NCBI GenBank assembly: GCA_964518425.1
Contig: CAZFGG010000001.1
Span: forward strand, 120,597 to 176,935
Source: an uncultured Gammaproteobacteria bacterium
GTDB lineage: Bacteria > Patescibacteriota > Patescibacteriia > SBBC01 > CAIJZX01
Direction: 5' to 3'
Length of the DNA stretch: 56,339 nt
Every line of letters starts with the position of its first letter. The stretch's first letter is position 1. The notes under the pieces are model-generated. The model was not told the origin of the DNA and did not search any database. It worked only from the letters and a program-made list of their open reading frames with translations. Shown here in pieces: positions 20,364 through 28,767 of this stretch. Position numbers and translations under genes: made by a program.

Positions 20364-21356
20364 ATGCCCTATCCGTACGATGGCTTTCCGCATGTTCTCG
20401 AGGCGCAACAGTTTTCTGAGACGTTTCTGCAGTCGCTCTTCCGCGTGGCCGAAGCCATTCGATCGCGGCCGGAGGCGTTTCAGGGCATTCTCCTCGGCCG
20501 AACAGTTGGCCTGTTGTTTGCCCAGCCGAGTTCGCGAACGTTCCATTCTTTTGAGCTCGCCGCCAAGCAACTCGGGGCGACAGTCATCGGCAGCCAGCAC
20601 ATGACGCAATTTTCCTCGGTCGCCAAAGGAGAGTCGCTCGAGGACACGGTTCGCACATTTCTCCAGTACGACATCAATTACTTCGTCATTCGCTGGGACA
20701 CGGAGGGCAGTGTCGCTCGAGCGGCCGCGATCGTCGGACCGGAGCGTCCGGTCATCAACGCCGGGGATGGCATGGGTCAGCATCCAACGCAGGCCCTGCT
20801 CGATGTCTACACCATCTGGCGGGAATTCAAGGATCTCGATCGACCGATCGTGGTGGCTATCATCGGCGACCTCAAGCGGGGTCGGACGGCTCACTCGCTG
20901 GCCTACCTCCTCGGAAAAGTTTTCCCGCAAGTCAGTTTCTTCTTCATCTCCCCGGAGTCGTGTCGAATGAAGCCAGAGATTATCGACTATCTCTGCCGCC
21001 ATAACCGTCACTTTGCTGAGATCGTCAAGCCGCAGCTGTATGACCTGGCCCATGCCTTCGACGTGGTCTACGTTACCCGGCCGCAACTCGAATACGAGGA
21101 CGGTCCCGGGCAAGAACGATTGACCGTCGACTACCAGCCGTTCATTCTGACGGCCGAGATCGCTGACCTCATGAAGCCGGAGGCCATCATTCTCCACCCA
21201 CTTCCCCGAACGTTCGAGCTGCCAGTTGAGGTTGATGCTAACCCCCGGGCGAGGTACTTCGAACAAATGGGTAATGGCTTTGCTCTCCGACGGGCCCTGT
21301 TCGAAAGAATCAATGAAGCGCTGATTGGGGCGATCGCCGCTCATCGACAGCACTGA
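20364..21356 (+). CDS. pyrB: Aspartate carbamoyltransferase catalytic-chain homolog
   Basis: GGGAGG SD. Motifs SSRTFHSFE (compare STRTR), HPTQALLD, GDLKRGRTAHS and HPLPR, all in ATCase order. Confidence 0.85.
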   Translation: MPYPYDGFPHVLEAQQFSETFLQSLFRVAEAIRSRPEAFQGILLGRTVGLLFAQPSSRTFHSFELAAKQLGATVIGSQHMTQFSSVAKGESLEDTVRTFLQYDINYFVIRWDTEGSVARAAAIVGPERPVINAGDGMGQHPTQALLDVYTIWREFKDLDRPIVVAIIGDLKRGRTAHSLAYLLGKVFPQVSFFFISPESCRMKPEIIDYLCRHNRHFAEIVKPQLYDLAHAFDVVYVTRPQLEYEDGPGQERLTVDYQPFILTAEIADLMKPEAIILHPLPRTFELPVEVDANPRARYFEQMGNGFALRRALFERINEALIGAIAAHRQH

Positions 21357-21363
21357 CTCTATC

Positions 21364-21392
21364 GGTGGCTCTCTCAAGAGGGCCACCTTTTT
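21364..21392 (+). terminator. Intrinsic terminator
   Basis: 10-bp stem GGTGGCTCTC/GAGGGCCACC, loop TCAA, then T5. Confidence 0.8.
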
Positions 21393-21413
21393 CTTGTCGG
21401 AACAGAAAGCACT

Positions 21414-21422
21414 TGCTAGCAT
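21414..21422 (+). promoter_or_regulatory. Extended -10 (TGcTAGCAT) placed 6 nt before ATG 21429, implying a leaderless mRNA
   Basis: Motif followed by a 6-nt gap and no SD sequence. Confidence 0.45.
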
Positions 21423-21428
21423 ACGAGC

Positions 21429-22316
21429 ATGCCAAAACGCCGACCTACATTCTATCCGTTGATTCCGGTTGACCTGACCCAAGTCACGACCAGCGATGGC
21501 GTGACCTTGGCTGGCGTGGTGGTTGAACCCAAAGGGCGGAAAAAAGCGGCCCTGATTTGGCTTCATGGATTAACTTCAAGTTTCGACGGCGGGCAAGAAC
21601 TGATGCGGCAGTTGAGCGCGGCGTGCGTCCAGCGGGGGATTGGGTATTTCAAATTCAATACTCGGGGTCACGATATTGCCGCCCACGGTCCAAAACGTAT
21701 GATTGGCTCAGCCTTTGAAAAGTTTGCTGACAGCCGAAAAGATATTGATGCAATGATAGCTCTTGTTCGCCGACGCGGATACAACAACATTATCCTGGCC
21801 GGGCACTCAACGGGGGCAAATAAAATTGTGTATTACCTGTACCGTCGCCAACCGCGAAATGTTCGGGGTCTGATTCTGGTCGGCCCGGTCAGTGATATTG
21901 TCGGGCAAATAAAGTTAATCGGTCGCCGCCGCCTTGCAACGTTTGTGAGAAAGTCTACCCGAGTGTCTCAACGTCAGCCGATGTCCCTGGTCAACGCTCA
22001 CGGACAGCTGATCTCAGCGCAGCGAGCGAAAAGTTTATTCACCCCTGGCGTACCCGAAGACACGTTCCCTTGGTATAACCCGAAAGCTCGTTGGGCGGCG
22101 ATGAGTTCGATTCGGAAACCGCTGCTGGTGGTCTTCGGGGGCAAAGACAACTACCTCGATCGTCCGGCGAAAGATGTTGTGAACCTTTTTAAGGCCAAAG
22201 CAGCTTCCACAAAACATTTCACCGGTCGGGCCGTACCGGGCGCATCTCACGGTTTTCACCGCCACCAACGTCAGCTCGTTCAGATCATCGGTCAGTGGCT
22301 CGACAAGACCGTCTGA
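21429..22316 (+). CDS. Alpha/beta-fold hydrolase
   Basis: Nucleophile elbow GHSTG, HG oxyanion context WLHGL, C-terminal His (ASHGF). Confidence 0.8.
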   Translation: MPKRRPTFYPLIPVDLTQVTTSDGVTLAGVVVEPKGRKKAALIWLHGLTSSFDGGQELMRQLSAACVQRGIGYFKFNTRGHDIAAHGPKRMIGSAFEKFADSRKDIDAMIALVRRRGYNNIILAGHSTGANKIVYYLYRRQPRNVRGLILVGPVSDIVGQIKLIGRRRLATFVRKSTRVSQRQPMSLVNAHGQLISAQRAKSLFTPGVPEDTFPWYNPKARWAAMSSIRKPLLVVFGGKDNYLDRPAKDVVNLFKAKAASTKHFTGRAVPGASHGFHRHQRQLVQIIGQWLDKTV

Positions 22317-22319
22317 GAT

Positions 22320-22349
22320 AAAAAACTCCACTCACCGAAGTGAATGGAG
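22320..22349 (-). terminator. Intrinsic terminator oriented for the minus strand
   Basis: Stem CTCCATTCAC/GTGAGTGGAG (one mismatch) followed by T6 on the minus strand. Confidence 0.7.
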
Positions 22350-22357
22350 GGGATTGG

Positions 22358-22543
22358 TCAGCGTCGACGAAGGTCATCCGGGGAGGCATACCGCCTCATC
22401 AGTGCCGCTCGGGCTTCCGGCGGACCATCACAAATCGACGGATCGAAGATGGGTGGTGGGAGACTCGATCGCCGCCGCCGACTGGTCGCTCCTTTGACGC
22501 GACGAACGCTCTTCTTCTTGACCGCACGCATCTGCTTGGCCAT
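22358..22543 (-). CDS. 61-aa Arg/Lys-rich protein, hypothetical
   Basis: GGAGGG SD 5 nt upstream of the ATG and its own terminator. Composition is strongly basic. Confidence 0.55.
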   Translation of the reverse strand: MAKQMRAVKKKSVRRVKGATSRRRRSSLPPPIFDPSICDGPPEARAALMRRYASPDDLRRR

Positions 22544-22628
22544 GAACCCTCCTGTAGAGCAGCCGCTCGTGATGGAACCTGGACAATGCTATCATGTTTT
22601 GGAAAGCTTTGCCTCTATCTTTTTCCAC

Positions 22629-23039
22629 ATGCCCGCAAAAAAGGCCCCGAAGGTGGTGACAATTAAGCAAGGGTGCATGCTCAAAGCAACGCCCCAAGAG
22701 GTTTACGGCGCTTGGATAACCAGCGCTCAGCATGCCAAGTTCACCGGCCAGGAAGCGCTGGTCAGCCAAAAGGTCGGTGGTTCGTTCACGACGTTTGACG
22801 GCTGGGCCACTGGAAAAAACGTTGAGCTCGTGCCTGGCCAAAAGATCGTTCAGACCTGGCGCGGTGATGACTGGCCGGCCGGACACTACTCAACGCTGAC
22901 GCTGCGCCTCATCAAAGCCCCAAAGGGGACAAAGGTTCTCTTCATGCAAACTGATGTCCCGGCCTCAAAAGCGAAATCAATTGCTCAGGGCTGGCAGGAC
23001 TATTACTGGTCGGCCATGAAGTCGACGTTTGGGTGGTAA
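22629..23039 (+). CDS. SRPBCC-fold protein (AHSA1/START-like)
   Basis: 136 aa. The pattern ATPQEVYGAWI...H..FTG......VGG.F....G...G....L.PG.KIVQTW is typical of the Aha1-like SRPBCC family. The upstream part of the 231-aa ORF was rejected. Confidence 0.7.
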   Translation: MPAKKAPKVVTIKQGCMLKATPQEVYGAWITSAQHAKFTGQEALVSQKVGGSFTTFDGWATGKNVELVPGQKIVQTWRGDDWPAGHYSTLTLRLIKAPKGTKVLFMQTDVPASKAKSIAQGWQDYYWSAMKSTFGW

Positions 23040-23065
23040 AAAAGACCGCAGCCGAAGCCACGGTC
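23038..23065 (-). terminator. Intrinsic terminator oriented for the minus strand
   Basis: Stem GACCGTGGC/GCTGCGGTC with loop TTCG, followed by T6 on the minus strand. Confidence 0.65.
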
Positions 23066-23273
23066 ACAAGTAGAAGTTGTTTTTGACGAATGCCAGCCGA
23101 TCAGTACATCCACGACACGCACGGGCGCATTTGAGAAGATCTGGTTCACGATGTGACAGGATTTCGTTAGCCAGGGCGCTGCGCAACTCTGAGAATGATG
23201 CCCGACAGCAGTCTCTCTGAGCTGGTCGCGCAGGCAATGAACGAGTGGATGAAGAGCGCCGAGCTCGGACCAT
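23064..23273 (-). CDS. 69-aa Arg- and Cys-rich protein, hypothetical
   Basis: GGAGG SD 6 nt upstream of the ATG and a terminator at the 3' end. Cys residues at CC, C-x3-C-x2-C. Confidence 0.5.
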   Translation of the reverse strand: MVRARRSSSTRSLPARPAQRDCCRASFSELRSALANEILSHREPDLLKCARACRGCTDRLAFVKNNFYL

Positions 23274-23373
23274 GATGGACCTCCTATCTAGGTGGGAAGA
23301 CCAACGCGAGATTGATCAGGTATAGCGAGGAGTTATCACTTTGTCAAGGTTGTGACGATGAGAAGTCTATGCC

Positions 23374-24543
23374 ATGATGGACGTCATGCCTGAATTTACT
23401 CTTACCCACGCGACTGAGCCGCACGGAGCCCGCGTTGGTATTCTCCATACTACCCACGGCGATATTCCCACGCCGAACTTCATGCCGGTTGCTACCCGAG
23501 GAGTTTTTCATGGTCTAGAATTTTCCGACGCGAAAACCGCCGGAGTTGATGTCATCATGTGCAACACCTACCATCTCTCGCGGGAAATCGGAGCGGAAAA
23601 GATTGCAGCGGCTGGCGGCTTACACAAGTGGACGGGTTGGGACAAGCCAATCGCGACCGACTCCGGCGGCTTCCAAGTCTTCAGTTATGGTTGGTCACGG
23701 ACCCACGGCGTGATGAAAAAATCCGGCGGAATTAATGCGCCCAATGTCCAGCCAACTGGCCAAAGCCAGGTGGCGATTGATGATGATGGCGTGACATTCC
23801 GCGACGGTGAGAAAACTATCCGCCTGACGCCGGCAGAATCAATGCGCCTCCAGCAATTACTGGGCGCGGACATCGCTTTTGCTTTTGATGAACCGACGTC
23901 GCCACTCCACGACGAAGGCTACACTCGCCAATCGCTTGAACGGACACACCGTTGGGCGAAGCTCTGTCTTGACCATCACCACCGTTCCGATCAAATGCTA
24001 CTCGGTATTGTCCAAGGCGGCCCATTTCAATCGCTCCGGGAAATCAGTGCCAAAGCTATTGGAAGTTTACCTTTTGGTGGGTTTGCCATCGGCGGATCCT
24101 ACGAAGCTGGCGGCATGGCCAAGGCTCTGCGCTGGGCCGTTCCATTTTTGCCATCTGACCGCGTCCGTCACGTCCTCGGTATCGGTTGGGTCCGTGATAT
24201 TATCGAAGCGGTCGATGCCGGTGCTGACCTCTTTGACTGCGTTGAGCCGATCCGCCGAGCGCGCCACCAGAGCCTACTCGTCGGCGATCGTTACGAAGAT
24301 GTGACGATCGTGGCTCGTCGTCAAGGAAATGGCCCGCTCGTCAATGACTGTGACTGTGTGGCCTGTGAACAATGGTCAGCACAGCAAATCAAGGCCTGGT
24401 GCAAAGCCCGCGATTTCCAAGGCAGCCGCGCGCTAGCCATCCACAATGTCCGGACGATGGTCAGATTGATGGCGGACATACGGCACGCCATTACTGAAGG
24501 ACGATGGCCAGACTATACCTCACGACTACGGAATCCTCAGTAA
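23374..24543 (+). CDS. tgt: tRNA-guanine transglycosylase (queuine tRNA-ribosyltransferase)
   Basis: TPNFMPVATRG, DSGGFQV, GIVQGG, GFAIGG and zinc motif CDCVAC...H. Confidence 0.93.
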   Translation: MMDVMPEFTLTHATEPHGARVGILHTTHGDIPTPNFMPVATRGVFHGLEFSDAKTAGVDVIMCNTYHLSREIGAEKIAAAGGLHKWTGWDKPIATDSGGFQVFSYGWSRTHGVMKKSGGINAPNVQPTGQSQVAIDDDGVTFRDGEKTIRLTPAESMRLQQLLGADIAFAFDEPTSPLHDEGYTRQSLERTHRWAKLCLDHHHRSDQMLLGIVQGGPFQSLREISAKAIGSLPFGGFAIGGSYEAGGMAKALRWAVPFLPSDRVRHVLGIGWVRDIIEAVDAGADLFDCVEPIRRARHQSLLVGDRYEDVTIVARRQGNGPLVNDCDCVACEQWSAQQIKAWCKARDFQGSRALAIHNVRTMVRLMADIRHAITEGRWPDYTSRLRNPQ

Positions 24544-24627
24544 TATTTCTCTTCCCATTGACACCCCGTGGCCTATCGTTTAGGGTAATGCCAGTATTTT
24601 GAGTTGAACATTCTCCTGGAGGGAGTC

Positions 24628-24888
24628 ATGAGTGTTCGGCATTTCTTGCTCTTCATTCTTGGTTTCGGCAACATGCTCTTTTCCTTCAAGGTATTCTTAC
24701 CTCGTCATGGAGAAGACCAGCCTACCATGGCTGCCCTGCCAGCGTTTCTCCTGGCCACGGTCGGAACCTTGCTGATCGTGGGTGGGGAAACCAAGGCCTC
24801 AGCGACGCTGATCATTTCCGCGACGGTCGCGAACATCATCATCGGCATTGTGGAGCGGTCGAAGTTGCGCAAGCGACAGGTTGGGTGA
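24628..24888 (+). CDS. Small three-TM membrane protein, hypothetical
   Basis: GGAGGGAG SD upstream of ATG 24628, with a terminator downstream. Confidence 0.6.
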   Translation: MSVRHFLLFILGFGNMLFSFKVFLPRHGEDQPTMAALPAFLLATVGTLLIVGGETKASATLIISATVANIIIGIVERSKLRKRQVG

Positions 24889-24899
24889 AACAGGAATGG

Positions 24900-24928
24900 C
24901 CGGTAGCCTCACGACTACCGGTTTTTTT
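24900..24928 (+). terminator. Intrinsic terminator
   Basis: Stem CCGGTAG/CTACCGG followed by T7. Confidence 0.8.
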
Positions 24929-25042
24929 GAAGTCATAAATAGGCAGATTGCTTTTCCGACTGACCCGGTATATACTAGGGGCGAACACATGAAACCCTGG
25001 CTTGAGCGGTTTCGGTGACAGGAGGAAAAGGAGACCAAGCAC

Positions 25043-25567
25043 GTGTCATTCATCGAGTCGTTCCAGAGTCCGACGTACGGACAACTCAATCAAGCGCAGC
25101 TCGTCAATCGCATTCGTGATTTCGTGGTTGCCAGTCATGATCATGAATACCGCCTCATCGTCGGTACCGATTCCTTACCGAATGCTGATGGCCGGGTCTA
25201 TCTCGTGACTGCTATTGTCCTCCACCGCATCGGTAACGGCGGCGTGTATTTTTGGCAGCGTCAACTCACGAAAAAACTCGTGACCTTACGCGACCGGATG
25301 TACGCCGAAGCCCTGACATCCATCGCTACCGCTCAGAAACTCGAAGCCATGCCTGATTTGAAACCGCTCCTGCGTCAGAACATTGAAATTCATGTTGATG
25401 TTGGCGAATTCGGCCCGACCCGCGAAATGATTCAGGAACTCGTCGGGATGATCGTCGCTCATGGCTACGCCGCCAAAACGAAACCTGAATCGTTTGCCGC
25501 CTCCAAAGTCGCCGACCGACACACGATTCCTGGTCCGCGCCTGGCATACGAACTTATTCATCGCTAA
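25043..25567 (+). CDS. YkuK-like RNase H-fold protein (DUF458)
   Basis: GTG start preceded by AGGAGGAAAAGGAG. The pattern EYRLIVGTDS....G....VTAIVLHR.G.GG.YF... is characteristic of the YkuK family. Confidence 0.7.
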   Translation: MSFIESFQSPTYGQLNQAQLVNRIRDFVVASHDHEYRLIVGTDSLPNADGRVYLVTAIVLHRIGNGGVYFWQRQLTKKLVTLRDRMYAEALTSIATAQKLEAMPDLKPLLRQNIEIHVDVGEFGPTREMIQELVGMIVAHGYAAKTKPESFAASKVADRHTIPGPRLAYELIHR

Positions 25568-25575
25568 CAATCACT

Positions 25576-25788
25576 ATGCCAACCGACGGTCCATTCAGTA
25601 AAGACGAGGCAGTCCCAAAAGAAGGGGATTACGTCTGCGTGCCCTGCGGATACCATAAACATTTCAAAACTGGTGATCACTTCACGGAGTGTATTTCCTG
25701 TTTCAGCGGCACCCCAGACGGTCAACACGAAGAATTCGTGGAGGGCCAAGAAATGTGGGAACCGGCCCAAGCGCCGGTAACGACCTAG
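25576..25788 (+). CDS. Small zinc-ribbon protein
   Basis: CVPCG...CISC, i.e. CxxC-N17-CxxC; 70 aa. Confidence 0.65.
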   Translation: MPTDGPFSKDEAVPKEGDYVCVPCGYHKHFKTGDHFTECISCFSGTPDGQHEEFVEGQEMWEPAQAPVTT

Positions 25789-25791
25789 GGC

Positions 25792-26829
25792 ATGGCCGGA
25801 GGGGCCAAATCTAAACCAACCCCGGGCACGATCATCGCTTTTGTCATTGGTCAAAGCCGCTCCGACGTTTCAGCCCGGGGATCATTGCCGCTGAAAACTA
25901 TCCGCAGTTTTCCAACCTACTCAAGTCACCTCCCTCAGTATAAAGTCCTGCAGAAAAAAACAAAGACCGTCGCCGGCCGGAGTGTGACCTTGACCGTCAA
26001 GGCCGTTCCGCCCGAGAACATCTTGGTCGAAGCGATGACTGTTGTTCCCGACGTCTTCAGTCCATCGACCCTGGCCTTCAAAGATCAGCTGGTTGAGGCT
26101 GCCTCGCAGATTCTCATGCAGCAGGATGTTCAACCAGAGTTTCGTGAAGAATTTACGCTGTATTGTTTACGTGACTACCAGGGTGATCCCCGCCAGTTTT
26201 TGTCACGAGCCGACCGAATCGCTTCATTAATAAAAAGTGAAAACGTCTCGCTCAGTCAGGTAGAAATTGAGAAGACTATTCACGAAGCCAGTCTCCAGTA
26301 CGCCAAGGATGACCTGACCATTGTCGACTGGGACGGCGCGTTTATTTTCGATATCAATGGTGACTGGCAAGATACGATTGATGTCCTCGAAGTCGCTAAC
26401 GTCAACCTGCTTCGACTTCGGCACCTCGACCAAGATCTTGATGATCGACTGGATGCCATGAGCGGACTGCTTCAGCGGGTCCCGAATATTAGCCGAAAAG
26501 AAGTCCGTCAAATGATGTCCGAGTTGATGCGACTCCGTGCCCAATCGGTCATTGAGTTCGAACACGCTGAACGAGATATCCAGTTGATTGGGGATTGGTA
26601 CGCTGGCCGGTTATACACTCTCGTCAGTAAAAAACTCCACCTGGATCGCTGGCGTCAGAGTATTCGCCAGGTTTTGGACAGCCTGGACAGCATGTCGACG
26701 ATGGCCGCTGATCATTTCAGCGTCACCACCGAACGACGAGCCGAACAAATTCAACAAATCCTGTGGTACATCCAACTCGTCGGATGGTTCGTCCTGCTGT
26801 TCCTGGAGTGGAAACTGGTCAATCGGTAG
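25792..26829 (+). CDS. Hypothetical protein with a C-terminal TM helix (weak DUF155/RMD1-like resemblance)
   Basis: 345 aa. The C-terminal pattern ...RLY..VSKKLHLDRW......LDSL... followed by a TM helix resembles DUF155. The family call is tentative. Confidence 0.6.
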   Translation: MAGGAKSKPTPGTIIAFVIGQSRSDVSARGSLPLKTIRSFPTYSSHLPQYKVLQKKTKTVAGRSVTLTVKAVPPENILVEAMTVVPDVFSPSTLAFKDQLVEAASQILMQQDVQPEFREEFTLYCLRDYQGDPRQFLSRADRIASLIKSENVSLSQVEIEKTIHEASLQYAKDDLTIVDWDGAFIFDINGDWQDTIDVLEVANVNLLRLRHLDQDLDDRLDAMSGLLQRVPNISRKEVRQMMSELMRLRAQSVIEFEHAERDIQLIGDWYAGRLYTLVSKKLHLDRWRQSIRQVLDSLDSMSTMAADHFSVTTERRAEQIQQILWYIQLVGWFVLLFLEWKLVNR

Positions 26830-26865
26830 AAAGCAAAAAAGCCCAGCGAAGGACAACCCGGTAGG

Positions 26866-27054
26866 TTAGGCCGCCGCGAGTGCTAATTTTTTGCTGGCCG
26901 AACGGATACAATTTGCGCAGGCCTTGACCCGCTGGCCGTTGACGAGCAACGTCTGCAGATTGACATGCTGCTTTTTCTTGGTAGCGATGTTGGAGTGGCT
27001 ACGGGTGAAGCTATTCATTGCGCCTCGACCGCAGACCGAACATTGACGGGCCAT
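26866..27054 (-). CDS. rpmB: 50S ribosomal protein L28
   Basis: MARQCSVCGRG...SHSN..TKK....NLQ pattern; 62 aa. Confidence 0.93.
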   Translation of the reverse strand: MARQCSVCGRGAMNSFTRSHSNIATKKKQHVNLQTLLVNGQRVKACANCIRSASKKLALAAA

Positions 27055-27087
27055 AACAATTGGAGAGTGACGACAAAATTCTTGAGC

Positions 27088-27104
27088 TGTGCTACTCTAG
27101 CACA
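27088..27104. promoter_or_regulatory. Quasi-palindrome TGTGCTACTCTAGCACA that presents TGcTAnnnT on both strands (divergent promoters for rpmB and the M50 protease)
   Basis: Plus strand reads TGcTACTCT; minus strand reads TGcTAGAGT. Confidence 0.45.
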
Positions 27105-27126
27105 GACTTCAACCAAGATCAAGTCC

Positions 27127-27759
27127 GTGACCGATACCTCCCAACTCCTCCCCATCCTGGCCGCCTACCTGGCCCTGTTCTTGTCGATCGGATTCCACGA
27201 ATTTTCGCACGTCCTATCGGCTTATTTGCAAGGTGACATGACTGGAAAATTGCTGGGCCGGTTAACGCTGAACCCGCTCAAACATCTTGATCCGTTCGGG
27301 ACGCTCATGATTTTGGTGGCCCGGATCGGCTGGGGTAAACCAGCGCCATTCAATCCCTACAATCTGCGCTACCGACGATGGGGCCCGACTCTCGTGGCCT
27401 TAGCCGGGCCAGCCTCAAACATCGTGCTGGTCATGATTTCCGGCTACGCTCTTCTCCTGATTGGCCCGCACCTGCCTTCGACGAATCTACTCATCATTTT
27501 CCTTCAGGCCGCGGTAGTGGTGAATGCGACCCTGGCTATCTTCAACCTCTTACCGGTCGCACCCCTCGACGGCTCACACGTAGTCGCAGCCATAGCCGGT
27601 CCCCAGCATCCGCTGACGATTTTTCTCCAGCGCTACGGACCCTTTCTGCTTTTGGCCCTCGTGGCCGCCAGCTTTTTCGGGGGCGGGATCCTCAACTCGT
27701 ACATCTTTGGCGGATCAAGCCTCCTGCTTCGGGCCCTCGGCTTAGGGCGGCTGTTCTAG
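27127..27759 (+). CDS. Site-2 protease family (M50) membrane metalloprotease
   Basis: HEFSHV zinc motif and NLLPVAPLDGSH motif, polytopic. The GTG start is chosen downstream of the promoter, so the start is uncertain. Confidence 0.8.
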   Translation: MTDTSQLLPILAAYLALFLSIGFHEFSHVLSAYLQGDMTGKLLGRLTLNPLKHLDPFGTLMILVARIGWGKPAPFNPYNLRYRRWGPTLVALAGPASNIVLVMISGYALLLIGPHLPSTNLLIIFLQAAVVVNATLAIFNLLPVAPLDGSHVVAAIAGPQHPLTIFLQRYGPFLLLALVAASFFGGGILNSYIFGGSSLLLRALGLGRLF

Positions 27760-27761
27760 TG

Positions 27762-27790
27762 TTGACAAGGGTGAGACGACTTGGTACACT
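27762..27790 (+). promoter_or_regulatory. Sigma-70 type promoter of the str operon (TTGACA-N17-TACACT)
   Basis: Consensus -35 with exact 17-nt spacing, about 90 nt upstream of rpsL. Confidence 0.6.
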
Positions 27791-27878
27791 AGCCCACGGT
27801 TCTTGCTGGCTCGTCGCTTCTGATAGCGACGTTTATTGACTCTACTACCCGACCCCCCTCGGGCCCCCATTTACTTTC

Positions 27879-28295
27879 ATGCCCACCATTAATCAACTCG
27901 TCCGAAGTGGTCGCCAACTCCAGAAACGGAAATCCAAAACTCCGGCCCTGGAATCGATCATGAACGCCGTCAAACGCCAACGCACCTACCTCTCGAAAGG
28001 CAGTCCGTTCAAGCGTGGCGTTTGCGTCAAAGTCACGACGACGACCCCCAAGAAACCGAACTCCGCTTTGCGAAAAATCGCCCGGGTTCGCTTATCTAAT
28101 GGGCAAGAAGTGACGGCCTACATCCCCGGTATTGGCCATAATCTCCAAGAGCACTCGATTGTCCTCATCCGTGGCGGCCGGGTCAAAGACTTGCCTGGCG
28201 TTCGGTATCACATTGTCCGCGGTGTCTACGACACTCAGGGTGTGGCCGATCGAAAACAAGGTCGCTCCATCTACGGCGCCAAACGACCTTCATAA
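27879..28295 (+). CDS. rpsL: 30S ribosomal protein S12
   Basis: [20 protein letters not shown] and [12 protein letters not shown]. Confidence 0.98.
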   Translation: MPTINQLVRSGRQLQKRKSKTPALESIMNAVKRQRTYLSKGSPFKRGVCVKVTTTTPKKPNSALRKIARVRLSNGQEVTAYIPGIGHNLQEHSIVLIRGGRVKDLPGVRYHIVRGVYDTQGVADRKQGRSIYGAKRPS

Positions 28296-28299
28296 TACT

Positions 28300-28764
28300 A
28301 TGCGCGGTAAACCAGCCCCCCAACGAAATATTCCTCCTGATCCACGATTCGACTCGGTCGTCCTCGGCAAATTTATCAATGTCGTCATGGAGCGCGGTAA
28401 GAAAACCGTGGCTCGTGGTGTCGTCTACGGTAGCTTTGATGTCATCAAAGCCGAAACGAAGCAGGAACCATTAGCCGTTTTTGAAGCGGCCCTGAAAAAC
28501 GTCAGTCCGATCGTCGAAGTGAAATCGCGCCGCGTCGGCGGTTCAAACTACCAAGTCCCGATTGAAGTTAATCCCCGCCGACGCCAAGCCCTAGCCTTCC
28601 GCTGGATTATTGATGCCGCCCGGGCCAAGAAAGGCCGACCAATGGCCAAGAAGTTGGCTGAAGAGCTCATTCAAGCTAGTCAGAACCAAGGCGACGCGGT
28701 CAAAAAGAAACAAGACATCCACCGGATGGCGGAAGCCAATCGCGCCTTCGCCCACTTTGCCTAG
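28300..28764 (+). CDS. rpsG: 30S ribosomal protein S7
   Basis: DP.F.S.....FIN..M..GKK..A and VEV.SRRVGG..YQVP. Confidence 0.97.
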   Translation: MRGKPAPQRNIPPDPRFDSVVLGKFINVVMERGKKTVARGVVYGSFDVIKAETKQEPLAVFEAALKNVSPIVEVKSRRVGGSNYQVPIEVNPRRRQALAFRWIIDAARAKKGRPMAKKLAEELIQASQNQGDAVKKKQDIHRMAEANRAFAHFA

Positions 28765-28767
28765 GTC

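Noticed and set aside
20349-21566. 405-aa ORF on the minus strand, the longest antisense ORF in the window
   Set aside because: It lies entirely antisense to the pyrB-like gene and the start of the hydrolase gene, both of which carry recognisable family motifs. Its translation is Arg/Leu/Ser-rich with no motifs and no SD. This is typical of a shadow ORF in GC-moderate DNA.
22344-22628. Upstream part of the 231-aa ORF 22344-23039
   Set aside because: This segment is Arg-rich low-complexity sequence. It overlaps a minus-strand gene that has a proper SD and terminator. The SRPBCC domain begins at Met 22629.
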